In this document: positions 27,819 through 37,119 of the stretch, piece by piece
How positions within the stretch are numbered: the first letter of the stretch is position 1
Layout of the letters: each line of letters begins with the position of its first letter
NCBI GenBank assembly: GCA_016207165.1
Contig: JACQQD010000011.1
Coordinates: forward strand, 32,001-96,000
DNA length: 64,000 nucleotides
Reading direction: 5' to 3'
Origin: Candidatus Micrarchaeota archaeon
GTDB taxonomy: Archaea > Micrarchaeota > Micrarchaeia > Norongarragalinales > Norongarragalinaceae
Translations under genes and position numbers: made by a program
Notes under the pieces: model-generated
Told to the model about the DNA's origin: nothing
Database searches by the model: none
What the model saw: only the letters and a program-made list of their open reading frames with translations

Positions 27819-28583
27819 TTAATACAAACCGAATTCCCGATCGTGCCGCTGAATCGCTTTCAAGCGGGTGGGCCAATCCGCATCCCAAGCCTGGACGGAA
27901 GCGTATTCGGATGTCGGACGCAAGACGAGCAACGGTACCGCCCGGCCCAAGATATTCCCTGCATGAACCTGCAACTGGCGACCGTATTCTTCCTGGCCTT
28001 CAAGACAATAAACCGCATTCACGCCCATGGCTTGGTGCCCTCCGAAAAATAATTCGTTGTACGTTGACTTGACGCGTTGGCGTAACATGTTCGCCGGCGA
28101 CTTGACTTTCCCAGAGTGCCGTTGGAGATACGCGTCCGTGCGCGCCGCATTGTGCTCGGTGCCCGAATCGGTGGGCCAGGCCACATGCAGGATGTCGGCG
28201 TTCTCCGGCACCCCCGAAAAATCCAAGACCAAGCCCGCCAAGCGAGCGGAAAGCACGTGATCCAAGGGCTCGGAAACGCCCAAGACGCCGGAAGCATGCC
28301 TCGCATCTAGCCGCGCGACCAGCGAAGAGGAAAACGTCCGGCGGGGGTCGCGCAGCAACGCGATTTCCTCCCGCACGAAGTCCTCGGGATAAAACGAGGC
28401 GCGTTGATCCTTGAGTGCAACGCCTCTGGATTTCCAGTACCGGTGTCCAGAGTCTGGCAACCCCAACCCCCGAAGCACATACACAAAATTCTCCGGGGTT
28501 TGGGGATTCTGCGCCAACACCCGCTTGTAATTGGAAAAACGCGCCTCGGCAAAGCGCTTTCGTAAGCCCAAGCGAGCCGCCAT
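27819..28583 (-). CDS. Hypothetical protein
   Basis: ORF filling the gap. Start uncertain. Confidence 0.55.
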   Translation of the reverse strand: MAARLGLRKRFAEARFSNYKRVLAQNPQTPENFVYVLRGLGLPDSGHRYWKSRGVALKDQRASFYPEDFVREEIALLRDPRRTFSSSLVARLDARHASGVLGVSEPLDHVLSARLAGLVLDFSGVPENADILHVAWPTDSGTEHNAARTDAYLQRHSGKVKSPANMLRQRVKSTYNELFFGGHQAMGVNAVYCLEGQEEYGRQLQVHAGNILGRAVPLLVLRPTSEYASVQAWDADWPTRLKAIQRHDREFGLY

Positions 28584-28764
28584 CCATCGAAGGGGATTAA
28601 ACAAGACATGCACCTTGCACGGAAAAAGAGCCAAGCATCCAGATAAACCAGCCGCCAAGCCCCGTGAGAAAGGCTTTTTTAAGTGTTTCCGACAACCATT
28701 CTACCCGTTAGTCAAACCATTCAACCAGTCAATGGAAAGTCTGCAACGTCATAGGTGATTTCAG

Positions 28765-29259
28765 ATGGGTAGGGGCCGAGAACGCTTGATCAACTGCGCG
28801 CAGTGCGGCCGGCAAGTGCGCCGCGACAAGGCGGTGACCATCGAAAAACCCGTGTTCACCAACCCCCTGGACCGCGACGAAGTCTACGACGAGCAATACA
28901 CCCGCATGCTGACGCGCGAATTCTCGTACTGTCCTTCGTGCGGCAAGCACTTCCGCATCTACCAGAAGAAGACGCAGCAAAACGAACGCGCCCGCGAGCG
29001 CGAACGCAGCCGCCAATTCTTCCAACGCCGCCCCATGCGGCCCCGCGAACCCCAGGGCCAGAAACCCACGGCCCCGGCGGTCGCCGTCACCCAGGAGACC
29101 AACGCCGAAGAAGCGGAAGCAACCGTCGCACAAGACCGCATTCAGACGCAGGCCGAGGAAAAAGAGTTGGAAGTCGGCGAACAAGTCGACCAAGAGCAAG
29201 AAGAAGCGCTCAAGGAAGAATCCGAGGGAACGGATTCCGACGAAGAGAAAAACGCGTGA
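28765..29259 (+). CDS. rps26e: Ribosomal protein eS26 with a long acidic C-terminal extension
   Basis: GRGRERLINCAQCGRQVRRDKAV...YCPSCGKH; AGGTGA SD upstream. Confidence 0.85.
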   Translation: MGRGRERLINCAQCGRQVRRDKAVTIEKPVFTNPLDRDEVYDEQYTRMLTREFSYCPSCGKHFRIYQKKTQQNERARERERSRQFFQRRPMRPREPQGQKPTAPAVAVTQETNAEEAEATVAQDRIQTQAEEKELEVGEQVDQEQEEALKEESEGTDSDEEKNA

Positions 29260-29285
29260 AGCGCTAGGGGCACACGCTCTTAGCC

Positions 29286-29358
29286 GGGCCCGTAGTCGAA
29301 TGGCCAAGACGCCACTCTCACACAGTGGAGACTGCCGGTTCGATTCCGGCCGGGCCCA
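29286..29358 (+). tRNA. tRNA-Val(CAC)
   Basis: GGGCCCG/CGGGCCC plus A, anticodon arm CCACT-CT-CAC-AC-AGTGG, TTCGATT T-loop. Confidence 0.95.
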
Positions 29359-29403
29359 CTCCCTCCTTCTTTTAATAGGAGAACTTCGAAGACGACATAC
29401 GGT

Positions 29404-30291
29404 ATGCCTGAAGAAAGGATTCACGCCATCGGGGTTCATTCCGTTGCCAACACGTACGAGGCCCGGCCCCACCCCTCCGCCGTTACCCAGCAGGACATCG
29501 ACCTCAAACTACCGGGGGTATCGGTAAGGCCAACGACCAACCTAGCGCTTTTGGAAAGTCACTTGAAGGAACTCAGGGACCAAAACGTCACGCGCATCGG
29601 GTTTGAACGCCTGGCAACAGGCCATCCCAGCCCCGATAGCGATGAAGCCGAATACTGGAGGGAAGCGGAAGCCCTGGCCAAAAAACACGGCATGACCGTC
29701 TACGGACTGCACAAAAAATCGCCAATCGCCGAGTTGGATGCCTTCAGCCGCTTGATTACAACCGCCATGAAACTCGGCCGCTACCAGTGGAACGAAATCA
29801 GCGTGTTGTACCAAGAACAAGCCCGACAAGACCGCGGAAAACCCCAGAGATTTCACGACAAAATCCAAACCATGCTTAAAGCCGTCCTGACCCACGCAAG
29901 CGAAACTGGAACGCATTGGTTCAGCCGGGAAGGCCTTGAACGCCTCCGGCACGCCATTGAATTTGAGAAATCCGTTTGGATGCGCCTAGACGCCGTGACC
30001 CAAAAGTTAAGCCACGTCGTGATGAACACGCACCACGTGGAAAACCTGGAGGCCTTGAATTTTGCGGAGCCCACCTACGTGGGAGCCGTCAACGCGGAGG
30101 AAATCGATGAGGCCGAACGTCAACGAAGAGCGCAACGATTGAGGAAAACAGAGCTGAAAAAAGCGAAGAAAGGCGAAACCCCCAATTACCTTGAAGAAGC
30201 CGAAAAACGAAGAGACGACCACTACAACCTCCAACAACTCACAGCCAAATTAAGCGCGATTACGCTCGGGCAAACGCACAAGCGCCCATAA
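29404..30291 (+). CDS. Hypothetical protein (295 aa)
   Basis: Long ORF directly after tRNA-Val; no recognised motif. Confidence 0.7.
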   Translation: MPEERIHAIGVHSVANTYEARPHPSAVTQQDIDLKLPGVSVRPTTNLALLESHLKELRDQNVTRIGFERLATGHPSPDSDEAEYWREAEALAKKHGMTVYGLHKKSPIAELDAFSRLITTAMKLGRYQWNEISVLYQEQARQDRGKPQRFHDKIQTMLKAVLTHASETGTHWFSREGLERLRHAIEFEKSVWMRLDAVTQKLSHVVMNTHHVENLEALNFAEPTYVGAVNAEEIDEAERQRRAQRLRKTELKKAKKGETPNYLEEAEKRRDDHYNLQQLTAKLSAITLGQTHKRP

Positions 30292-30361
30292 GCGAAATCG
30301 TCCCACCGCCTTCCAAAGCAAAGAATTAAAGAATTGGATTCCCGCTACAGTCCTACGTCGT

Positions 30362-31348
30362 ATGGTCCTCTTCGAACTGGCCCTGCTTGTCGCCGGAATG
30401 GCGCTCCTGTTTAAAGGCGCGGAATGGGTCACGGATTCCGCGTCGCACGTCGCCGAACAATTCCACACCACCAGCGTGGCCGTCGGCCTCATCATCGTCT
30501 CCGTCGTGTTGAGCCTGCCGGAACTCTTGGTCGCCGCCACATCCATCTTCAAAGCCCACCCCCAAATCGGGTTGGGCACGATTTTGGGCTCCGTCATCGT
30601 CAACATCGGCCTCATCGCGGGCCTCTGCAGCATGATCCGCCCGCTGAAGCTTTCCCGCGTCATCCTGCTTCGAGACACCATCTTCATGATCGTGGCCACC
30701 ATCATCGTGGCCGTGTTGGCGTTGGAGGACAACAAACTCAGCCACGTCGAAGGCATTGTTTTCTTGTTGCTGTTCGTGCCGTACCTCATCAACGTCTACC
30801 AGCAAGAACACGAAATGGGCAAGAAGAAGGCGAGAGCCGAAGGAAAACGCATCGTGCACACGCTTCAAATGGTGGGATACATCCCGTGGCTGCCGTTCCG
30901 CGTCCGCGACGGCATGGGCGTGTTCGTCTTAGGCACCTTCGTTTTGTTGGTCGGCGCGCAACTGTTCACCGACGCCCTTATTGGCTTGTCCACCCAATTC
31001 CAGATTCCCGACTTGGTCATCGGCATCACCCTGGGAGCCCTGGGGCCATCGCTTCCGAACCTCGCCGCGGCCCTGCAAGCCACCCGCCGCGGCATGGAGG
31101 AACTCGCGATTTCCGAAACCATTGGCTCCAACATCTTCACGCTCCTGGTCAGCGTGGGACTCTTCGCACTAACCAGCCCCATCACGTTGGAGGCCTCCAG
31201 CCGCGTCATCACCGTGCCCGCGCTTTTACTGATCACCTTTCTGTTCATGGGGTTCACCATCAAAGGCAGAATCACGCGCGTGGAAGGAGGCATCCTGCTG
31301 TTCATGTACTTGGCCTCCGTGGCCGCCGAAATCTTGTACCGGGCGTGA
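30362..31348 (+). CDS. Na+/Ca2+ antiporter (CaCA/YrbG family)
   Basis: Two alpha repeats: SLPEL...GSVIVN and SLPNL...GSNIF; about 10 TM segments. Confidence 0.9.
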   Translation: MVLFELALLVAGMALLFKGAEWVTDSASHVAEQFHTTSVAVGLIIVSVVLSLPELLVAATSIFKAHPQIGLGTILGSVIVNIGLIAGLCSMIRPLKLSRVILLRDTIFMIVATIIVAVLALEDNKLSHVEGIVFLLLFVPYLINVYQQEHEMGKKKARAEGKRIVHTLQMVGYIPWLPFRVRDGMGVFVLGTFVLLVGAQLFTDALIGLSTQFQIPDLVIGITLGALGPSLPNLAAALQATRRGMEELAISETIGSNIFTLLVSVGLFALTSPITLEASSRVITVPALLLITFLFMGFTIKGRITRVEGGILLFMYLASVAAEILYRA

Positions 31349-31411
31349 ATCGACTAGCCCCCCTGCGCATCACACCGCCGTTAATATAGGGCCCCTGCGT
31401 TGAGTACATTC

Positions 31412-32269
31412 ATGAAATGGGTTACCGCCACGTTCGTGTTGCTCGCGCTCTTCGGATTGGGTGCGAATGCCCTGTTTCAAAACGTGCCCTGCAGCAAGAC
31501 GTTCGACTCCGGAGACGTGACTCTGGAAATCGGCCAATGCGTCAAAACGCAAAGCGGGTGGACGGTCCGCCTGGAATCCGCGTTTTATGACCCCAGTTCG
31601 GCCGCCTTCAAACTGTTCAACCAAGACGGCGCGGAAGTCACCGATAAAAATTTAGCCATCCAAAGCGAAACCAAAGCGTTGGTCCAGGAAGCCGCCATCG
31701 AGCTTTTCGGCGTCACGAAACCCCAAGGCACCCTCCGGGTTTCCGCCCACATCCAAAGCTGGAATTACCTTCCCGGCGGAGAAAGCCTCCAGGATTACCC
31801 GCAACCCCAGAAATCCATTCCCACCGCCAACCTCAAAAACGAGTTCACCCTGCCGGACGGAAGCCAAGTCATCTTGGACGCGTACAAGAACAACCGAATG
31901 TACTTCTTGATTAAGAAAGCCAATTCCCTCCAATCCACGGATTTAGGAATTGGACAACGCTTCACGGACGGTTTGCTTGAACTCCAGTTCTTCGGCCCCC
32001 GCGAAACCGTGGGCGGCAACACGGGCTACGTCGTGGGACTTTACGCACCGCCGCAAAAAGCCACGGCCACGCCGGAAGCGGCAACCGCCAAACCAACCGG
32101 GCTATCCACGGTCACGCCAAAACCCACCCAATCACCCAGCGCCACGCCCGTAACGCAACCCACGCAGGAAACGCCGACGGCCACGCAAAGCCCACCACCC
32201 CAAAACGGGGGACTGCAAGGGTTAATCGACGCCATCGCCGCATTTTTTAGGAACTTGTTGGGCGGATGA
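31412..32269 (+). CDS. Secreted or surface protein with a P/T-rich linker
   Basis: Signal peptide, TPKPTQSP-type region, amphipathic C-terminus IAAFFRNLLGG. Confidence 0.75.
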   Translation: MKWVTATFVLLALFGLGANALFQNVPCSKTFDSGDVTLEIGQCVKTQSGWTVRLESAFYDPSSAAFKLFNQDGAEVTDKNLAIQSETKALVQEAAIELFGVTKPQGTLRVSAHIQSWNYLPGGESLQDYPQPQKSIPTANLKNEFTLPDGSQVILDAYKNNRMYFLIKKANSLQSTDLGIGQRFTDGLLELQFFGPRETVGGNTGYVVGLYAPPQKATATPEAATAKPTGLSTVTPKPTQSPSATPVTQPTQETPTATQSPPPQNGGLQGLIDAIAAFFRNLLGG

Positions 32270-33785
32270 AACCCGAAACGGTTTCACCAAACAATTGAAT
32301 GCTTGACCAATTCGTCCACACCAAATAAGCGGCCGCCAACAAAAGCAAGAAGTAAACCAGCCTCCGCGGCTTTTTGAAAAGCCATTGGCCGAACCGCACC
32401 AGCATGGCCAACCCCTTTTTCGCCAGCCACCCAAGTCCACGCAACAACAACGAAAAAAACCGCCAAAGATACGGCGACACGACGCCCCAGAAACGCGAAA
32501 CCGCCGAAACCCCTCGAACTGGAGTGGCCGGACTCTCAAACCGCGCGCGAGCGCTTCGTTTCTTGGCGGTCCTCCGGTATTTTTCCCGGAGCCTTCCTTG
32601 GCCCGCTTTTTTGAGTTCCTCAATAGTCAAAGCCGCCATCGCGCTTTGCGGCGCAAACCACTGGACCTTCAACGGAGGCAACTGATGGCCGGACGCATCC
32701 AAAAAAGACACCACGCTCTGCCCCACGCCCATGCCGCCCATTTCCTGCGACAACGCGTAAAAATCGCTTTTCGGAAAACCCTGCGACAACGCCCGCACGT
32801 CCGCCAACCCCGCTTTCGTAAACGCCTTGGTCGCAAAAACGATTTTCGTGTTGAGCAACCCCAGGATCCGGTCCGGAATATCCGACACGCTTTGCGTCAC
32901 GAAAAAAACGCCGACGCCTTGCGACCGAATCTGCCGCAAAATGCGTTCCACCAACTCCACCAACGACTTGTTGGAACCCAAAAACAGCGTGTGCGCCTCA
33001 TCCAAAAAAACAACGATTTTCAGGGAACTGGATTGAGGCAATTCCACGAACAACCGGTACAACAAGAACACCGGCAAAACGGAGGCAATCGACGCATGCT
33101 TTCTGACGTCCCCCAAGTACACCACGTGGTGGCCGGAACCCAGCAAGTCATTCAAATCCAAAGCGGGATGGCCGAACAAGTCGGAAAGCCCCTTGTGCTC
33201 CAACTCCACGATCTTGCGCAAAACCACGTTGACGGCTTGAGCGGAGACGCCCGGCGACTTTTCCGAAACCAGCTTCTCCAACAGCGCGGCCAAGTCGTCC
33301 AAGTCATGCAAGTCGATTCTATCCTTTCTCGCCCGGACATGAGCCAAGACCACGTGGCTTTCCTGCGTCGGATTCAATTCCAGCAACCGCGAAACCAAGG
33401 CCGGGTCCACGTCCTGAAGACTGAAACGCATGGATGCCAACAAATCCGACGCACTCCAAAAATGCGTTTCAAAACTTTTTGCTTCCTCGCTCCACGCCAA
33501 CGCCTCCGACGACGGCTTTCCGGGTTTGACAAACCCCGTCACGTCCCCCTTCGCATCCGACAACAACGACGGCACGCCATGCCTGGAAAGCTGTTCCATC
33601 AAACGCTGGACTACCCGGCTCTTTCCAGTTCCAGTAGTCCCGGACACCAAGCCGTGGCGCGTAAGCGAAGACAGCGGCAACTTGACGGTCTCGTGGTTGA
33701 ACGGCTTTCCAAAAACCGGTCGGCCGCACGTCAAGCCATCCAACCGGCCGTACGTCCCGTCAAAAAACGCCTCAAAGTCCGCCAT
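32247..33785 (-). CDS. HerA/FtsK-like ATPase (DUF853/YjgR family) with a C-terminal membrane segment
   Basis: RHGLVSGTTGTGKS, DAKGD, FLDEAH, QIRSQGVGVFFVTQ. Confidence 0.88.
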   Translation of the reverse strand: MADFEAFFDGTYGRLDGLTCGRPVFGKPFNHETVKLPLSSLTRHGLVSGTTGTGKSRVVQRLMEQLSRHGVPSLLSDAKGDVTGFVKPGKPSSEALAWSEEAKSFETHFWSASDLLASMRFSLQDVDPALVSRLLELNPTQESHVVLAHVRARKDRIDLHDLDDLAALLEKLVSEKSPGVSAQAVNVVLRKIVELEHKGLSDLFGHPALDLNDLLGSGHHVVYLGDVRKHASIASVLPVFLLYRLFVELPQSSSLKIVVFLDEAHTLFLGSNKSLVELVERILRQIRSQGVGVFFVTQSVSDIPDRILGLLNTKIVFATKAFTKAGLADVRALSQGFPKSDFYALSQEMGGMGVGQSVVSFLDASGHQLPPLKVQWFAPQSAMAALTIEELKKAGQGRLREKYRRTAKKRSARARFESPATPVRGVSAVSRFWGVVSPYLWRFFSLLLRGLGWLAKKGLAMLVRFGQWLFKKPRRLVYFLLLLAAAYLVWTNWSSIQLFGETVSGFIRPTSS

Positions 33786-33844
33786 GGCAAGCCAAGGGAA
33801 AGAAAGCCTATAAAACGGGCGGCCCCATTAGAAAAAGTCCTTTC

Positions 33845-33880
33845 GCTCTAGTCGTCTAGACCGGTCAAGGGCACCGTGAC
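33845..33880 (+). repeat. Partial 5' copy 1 of tRNA-Glu, followed by a GC hairpin (33881-33919)
   Basis: First 26 nt identical to 34045-34070, then diverged up to the anticodon stem. Confidence 0.9.
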
Positions 33881-33979
33881 CGGATCCCCGGGGGCGGAGC
33901 GCCTCCCCCTGGAAATCCGTCTTCCTCGCCCCCTCCCGAACGGGTTAAAAAACAAAACTAGCCACAAGACTCTTCTTCT

Positions 33980-33991
33980 GCTCTAGTCGTC
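33980..33991 (+). repeat. Partial 5' copy 2 of tRNA-Glu (12 nt), followed by an AT hairpin (33992-34018)
   Basis: GCTCTAGTCGTC is identical to the tRNA start. Confidence 0.8.
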
Positions 33992-34044
33992 GAACCTTTC
34001 TTTAAGAAAGAAAGCTTCACCAAAGAAACGACAAACGCAGAAAC

Positions 34045-34119
34045 GCTCTAGTCGTCTAGACCGGTCAAGGATACCGGACTCTCAATCCGGCGACCCGGGT
34101 TCAAATCCCGGCTAGAGCA
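34045..34119 (+). tRNA. tRNA-Glu(CTC)
   Basis: GCTCTAG/CTAGAGC plus A, anticodon arm CCGGA-CT-CTC-AA-TCCGG, TTCAAAT T-loop. Confidence 0.95.
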
Positions 34120-34143
34120 CTACAAACGAAGAAGTGAAACCAC

Positions 34144-34947
34144 TTGGCAAAAGTTATTTGGGACAACGAATTCGGCTATATAGAAGATTCAAAGTACCTG
34201 CACCTCGGAAAAGGACAATCGAGTTGTATAATTCCATATACTGGAAAACTGGCTTTAAAACAGGCAGAATCAAAACCAATCCTAGACACAATAGTGTACT
34301 ACCAGGGAAAAACAAACCACCACCTCACATTGTTCAGAGAATTTGCTGGAGAATTTGAAAAAATACATGCAGAACGATTCGAAAAGGAGGTAAAAAAGCA
34401 ACTCGAAAAGAAAAGCCTGAGCGATCCAAAAAAAGTGTATTTTTTTCAGGTAAATCTATCGGCAGAAACAACCCTACTGAATAAACACATTTACGAATTC
34501 GATTGTTGTTGCGGAACAATCAAACGCAGCAATGATTGTATTTTCAAACTTCTAAGTATTGTAGATGGAGTTGATATTAACCGACTCGGCGCAAAAAAGT
34601 ACTCGCTAGTCAGTTATGCAGAAGCTCTAGCGACATCGACACGTAGCCAAAAAAAATACGACGTATTGAGTTCAAATACACGTAAGTTCGTCTCGACATA
34701 CGCACAATGGATACTAGACATAAGTCAATTCAGGACAAAATACGAGCATCAACATCTGCCAGAAAAAATTCAAATCAAAGCCAAGCTGACCGCCACAAAA
34801 CCAGGTTGGACTAGCGAAGAGACCAAGTTTGGGGTAAACGTCAAAAGCTATGACAAAAAATACGAAATGACCGAAACTAATCTAAGAGCCCAGGTAACTA
34901 AGTCTCTTGAGTTTTTTGATAATGCGCTGGATATAATCACTAGCTAA
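34144..34947 (+). CDS. Hypothetical protein, AT-rich (likely foreign)
   Basis: 267-aa ORF that is visibly much more AT-rich than its flanks and adjoins the tRNA 3' end. Confidence 0.7.
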   Translation: MAKVIWDNEFGYIEDSKYLHLGKGQSSCIIPYTGKLALKQAESKPILDTIVYYQGKTNHHLTLFREFAGEFEKIHAERFEKEVKKQLEKKSLSDPKKVYFFQVNLSAETTLLNKHIYEFDCCCGTIKRSNDCIFKLLSIVDGVDINRLGAKKYSLVSYAEALATSTRSQKKYDVLSSNTRKFVSTYAQWILDISQFRTKYEHQHLPEKIQIKAKLTATKPGWTSEETKFGVNVKSYDKKYEMTETNLRAQVTKSLEFFDNALDIITS

Positions 34948-36436
34948 CTTTGCGAACCCAGCCTTCCGTAGCATTGACTTCGACTCGGTCCCCGTCTTTG
35001 AAGACTTTTGTAGCGATCTTGGTTCCGATCACGCATGGAACGTTCAGTTCACGGGAAACGATGGCGGCGTGCGACGTGATGCCACCCACATTCGTGACAA
35101 TCGCCGAGGCTTTTTTCATGGCGGGCACGATGTCCGGCATGGTGGCCAGGGAAACCAACACGTCGCCGGCGTTGAACCTGGCCATGTCGGCAGGCGTGTC
35201 CACGATTTTCGCGATTCCTTTTGCCTGGCCCGGGCACCCGCATTGGCCCCTTAATTCCAAGACGTCGCCCACGTCGGCTTCCTTCAAGTGGTTTTCAGAG
35301 AAGCGTTCGGCGGTATCCCCTGAAAAAAGGATCACGCCTTCGTTTGCATCGTATTGGTACACGACCAGTCGCTTGCGGTCCGAAAGCTCCTTGGCATGAA
35401 GCGACCCTGAAAAAGCGGCTTCCAACTCAGAGGGACGCACGCCCCGCAAAAGCGACAGCGCCACGTCGGTGCGTTTGGAGACCTCCCGCAAAATCAAGTC
35501 CAAGGCGTACGCGGAGTGAAACATGGCGTCGCGGCGGATGGTTTTGAGGTAAAGACATTGACGGGCCAAAAAAACGTTCCACAACTGGTTTTCTGAGACG
35601 TCCAATTCCTTGCGGAAAGCGTCTTGCTGGGTCTTGAGTCTGGAGGGACGGGATGCCAGAGCGCCGCGTTGCGTTTTCAAATCGGGTTGCGAAGACAACG
35701 CCAAAACGTCCTGCAACGTTTTTTCCGGAGTCAACGCCGGACCCGAGTATCCAAAGTAAGTCCATGCAAACTCGCGGGCGTGGGCTTGAAGCCTGGAAAA
35801 CAAATCGGGAAAACGTTTTTCAAGCGATTTCTGGGACGTATCGGCGTCCACTTCCCTTTCCTGGAATTCCAGCGCCAAGGCCAGCGACGACAATTCCTCT
35901 TTTCGGGGCAGGGATTCCTCCAACGGCGAAGTCAGAACGGAAAAGTACTCCCCCACCGGACGGGAGAGCTTTTTCTTGCGGGCGATGGTCGAAAGCTCGG
36001 CATTCGCCGCCAAAGTGATGCGCTCGGCACCTACGTCCACCAACGCCGGCACCAAACCCCAGCCTAAAAGGACTTGAAGGGAGTCGGACATGCGTTGGGC
36101 GTGGACGCACAAGGTTTGGTCTGACCACGAAGGCAGGCTGCGGACGGAAACCCGTTCAGCCAATGAATGAAGCGTTTCACAACCGGAATGGACTTCGCGC
36201 ATGGTCTGCCTAAAAAAATCGGGTTCCGCCAAGCGGTGGAACACGTCGTCCAGGCGCTTGACGAAGGAATCATGCAAGAAGTAGCGCACGTGCTCACCCC
36301 GGATTTCCATGACGACGTTCGGCTGAAAACCAAACCGGGGCACGAAGTGGCTTGGGTAAAAGTCGATGAACGGGTGGAGGAACGCCAGGTTCGCGCCGTC
36401 CTCTTCAACGATGTTGTGCCATTCCACGGAAATCAC
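34940..36436 (-). CDS. PEP-utilising enzyme mobile (phospho-His swivel) domain protein
   Basis: C-terminal GDVLVS..T.PD.VPAMKKASAIVTNVGGITSHAAIVSRELNVPCVIGTKIAT. Confidence 0.85.
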   Translation of the reverse strand: MISVEWHNIVEEDGANLAFLHPFIDFYPSHFVPRFGFQPNVVMEIRGEHVRYFLHDSFVKRLDDVFHRLAEPDFFRQTMREVHSGCETLHSLAERVSVRSLPSWSDQTLCVHAQRMSDSLQVLLGWGLVPALVDVGAERITLAANAELSTIARKKKLSRPVGEYFSVLTSPLEESLPRKEELSSLALALEFQEREVDADTSQKSLEKRFPDLFSRLQAHAREFAWTYFGYSGPALTPEKTLQDVLALSSQPDLKTQRGALASRPSRLKTQQDAFRKELDVSENQLWNVFLARQCLYLKTIRRDAMFHSAYALDLILREVSKRTDVALSLLRGVRPSELEAAFSGSLHAKELSDRKRLVVYQYDANEGVILFSGDTAERFSENHLKEADVGDVLELRGQCGCPGQAKGIAKIVDTPADMARFNAGDVLVSLATMPDIVPAMKKASAIVTNVGGITSHAAIVSRELNVPCVIGTKIATKVFKDGDRVEVNATEGWVRKVS

Positions 36437-36546
36437 AAGTGAACCGGTGCCTGGGGTTTAGGCGGTTCCTGCGGCGCGCTTCTTTCCCGAGAAAAGATAC
36501 GCCAAACCACCCAGAGGCCCAAGGCCACGGCCAACCATTCCCACAT
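36433..36546 (-). CDS. Possible 37-aa single-pass membrane microprotein MWEWLAVALGLWVVWRIFSR...
   Basis: TM segment plus a P-rich tail. Its stop overlaps the next gene's GTG start (GTGA). Confidence 0.5.
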   Translation of the reverse strand: MWEWLAVALGLWVVWRIFSRERSAPQEPPKPQAPVHL

Positions 36547-36600
36547 GGTTGAAAACCTAGAAAAAGACAGCCATATGGATTTTGTAGCGTTAACGCTATG

Positions 36601-37119
36601 CTATTTAATAGCGACGTGCTGGAGCGGCCCGGGGGCCCGTTGTTCGCCTTGGTCGCGAAACGTCATGCCCAAACCGATGCCCACCAAAAGGGGAAGCATG
36701 TTGAGGTTGCCGGAAAACACGAAGCCGCTCAACAACAAAATCGCTCCAGCCAGAAACGCGGGCATGGGAATGAATTCGGCGAAACCCAGTTGGCCCGGGT
36801 TGCGCACCACGTGCACGCCGAAAACAGCGAGCACTCCGGCGGCGCCTCCCGCCACGCCAAACACCGGGCTTTCCAGGAAGAGTCCCAAGTTGCCAACCAC
36901 CGCCCCAAGCACGTAGACCAAGAAATAATGGGTGGAACCGATGTGTTGTTCCAAGTCTTCCATCAAGTGGATGAAAACCAGGTTCACGCCGAGTTCAAAC
37001 ACGCTGGCGTAAAGGAACAAAAAAAAGACCAGCGCCATGGGCGGCTGGGAAAACGATGGAAAGGCAAAAACCAGGCCGAACGTCAAAACCGACAAGCCCA
37101 GCACGTACCGCGAGAGCAT
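36601..37119 (-). CDS. Rhomboid-like membrane protein (catalytic residues apparently degenerate)
   Basis: N...LEQHIG...FL.VYVLGAVVGNL...GVAGGAAGVL; the usual GxS and C-terminal His are not evident. Confidence 0.65.
   Translation of the reverse strand: MLSRYVLGLSVLTFGLVFAFPSFSQPPMALVFFLFLYASVFELGVNLVFIHLMEDLEQHIGSTHYFLVYVLGAVVGNLGLFLESPVFGVAGGAAGVLAVFGVHVVRNPGQLGFAEFIPMPAFLAGAILLLSGFVFSGNLNMLPLLVGIGLGMTFRDQGEQRAPGPLQHVAIK

Noticed and set aside
32060-32200. Repetitive ACGCC/CCCAC tract
   Set aside because: It encodes an ordinary Pro/Thr linker and is not a DNA-level repeat system.
33845-34070. Three GCTCTAGTCGTC repeats as a mini-CRISPR
   Set aside because: The repeats are tRNA 5' ends of unequal length with irregular spacing, and there are no cas genes.
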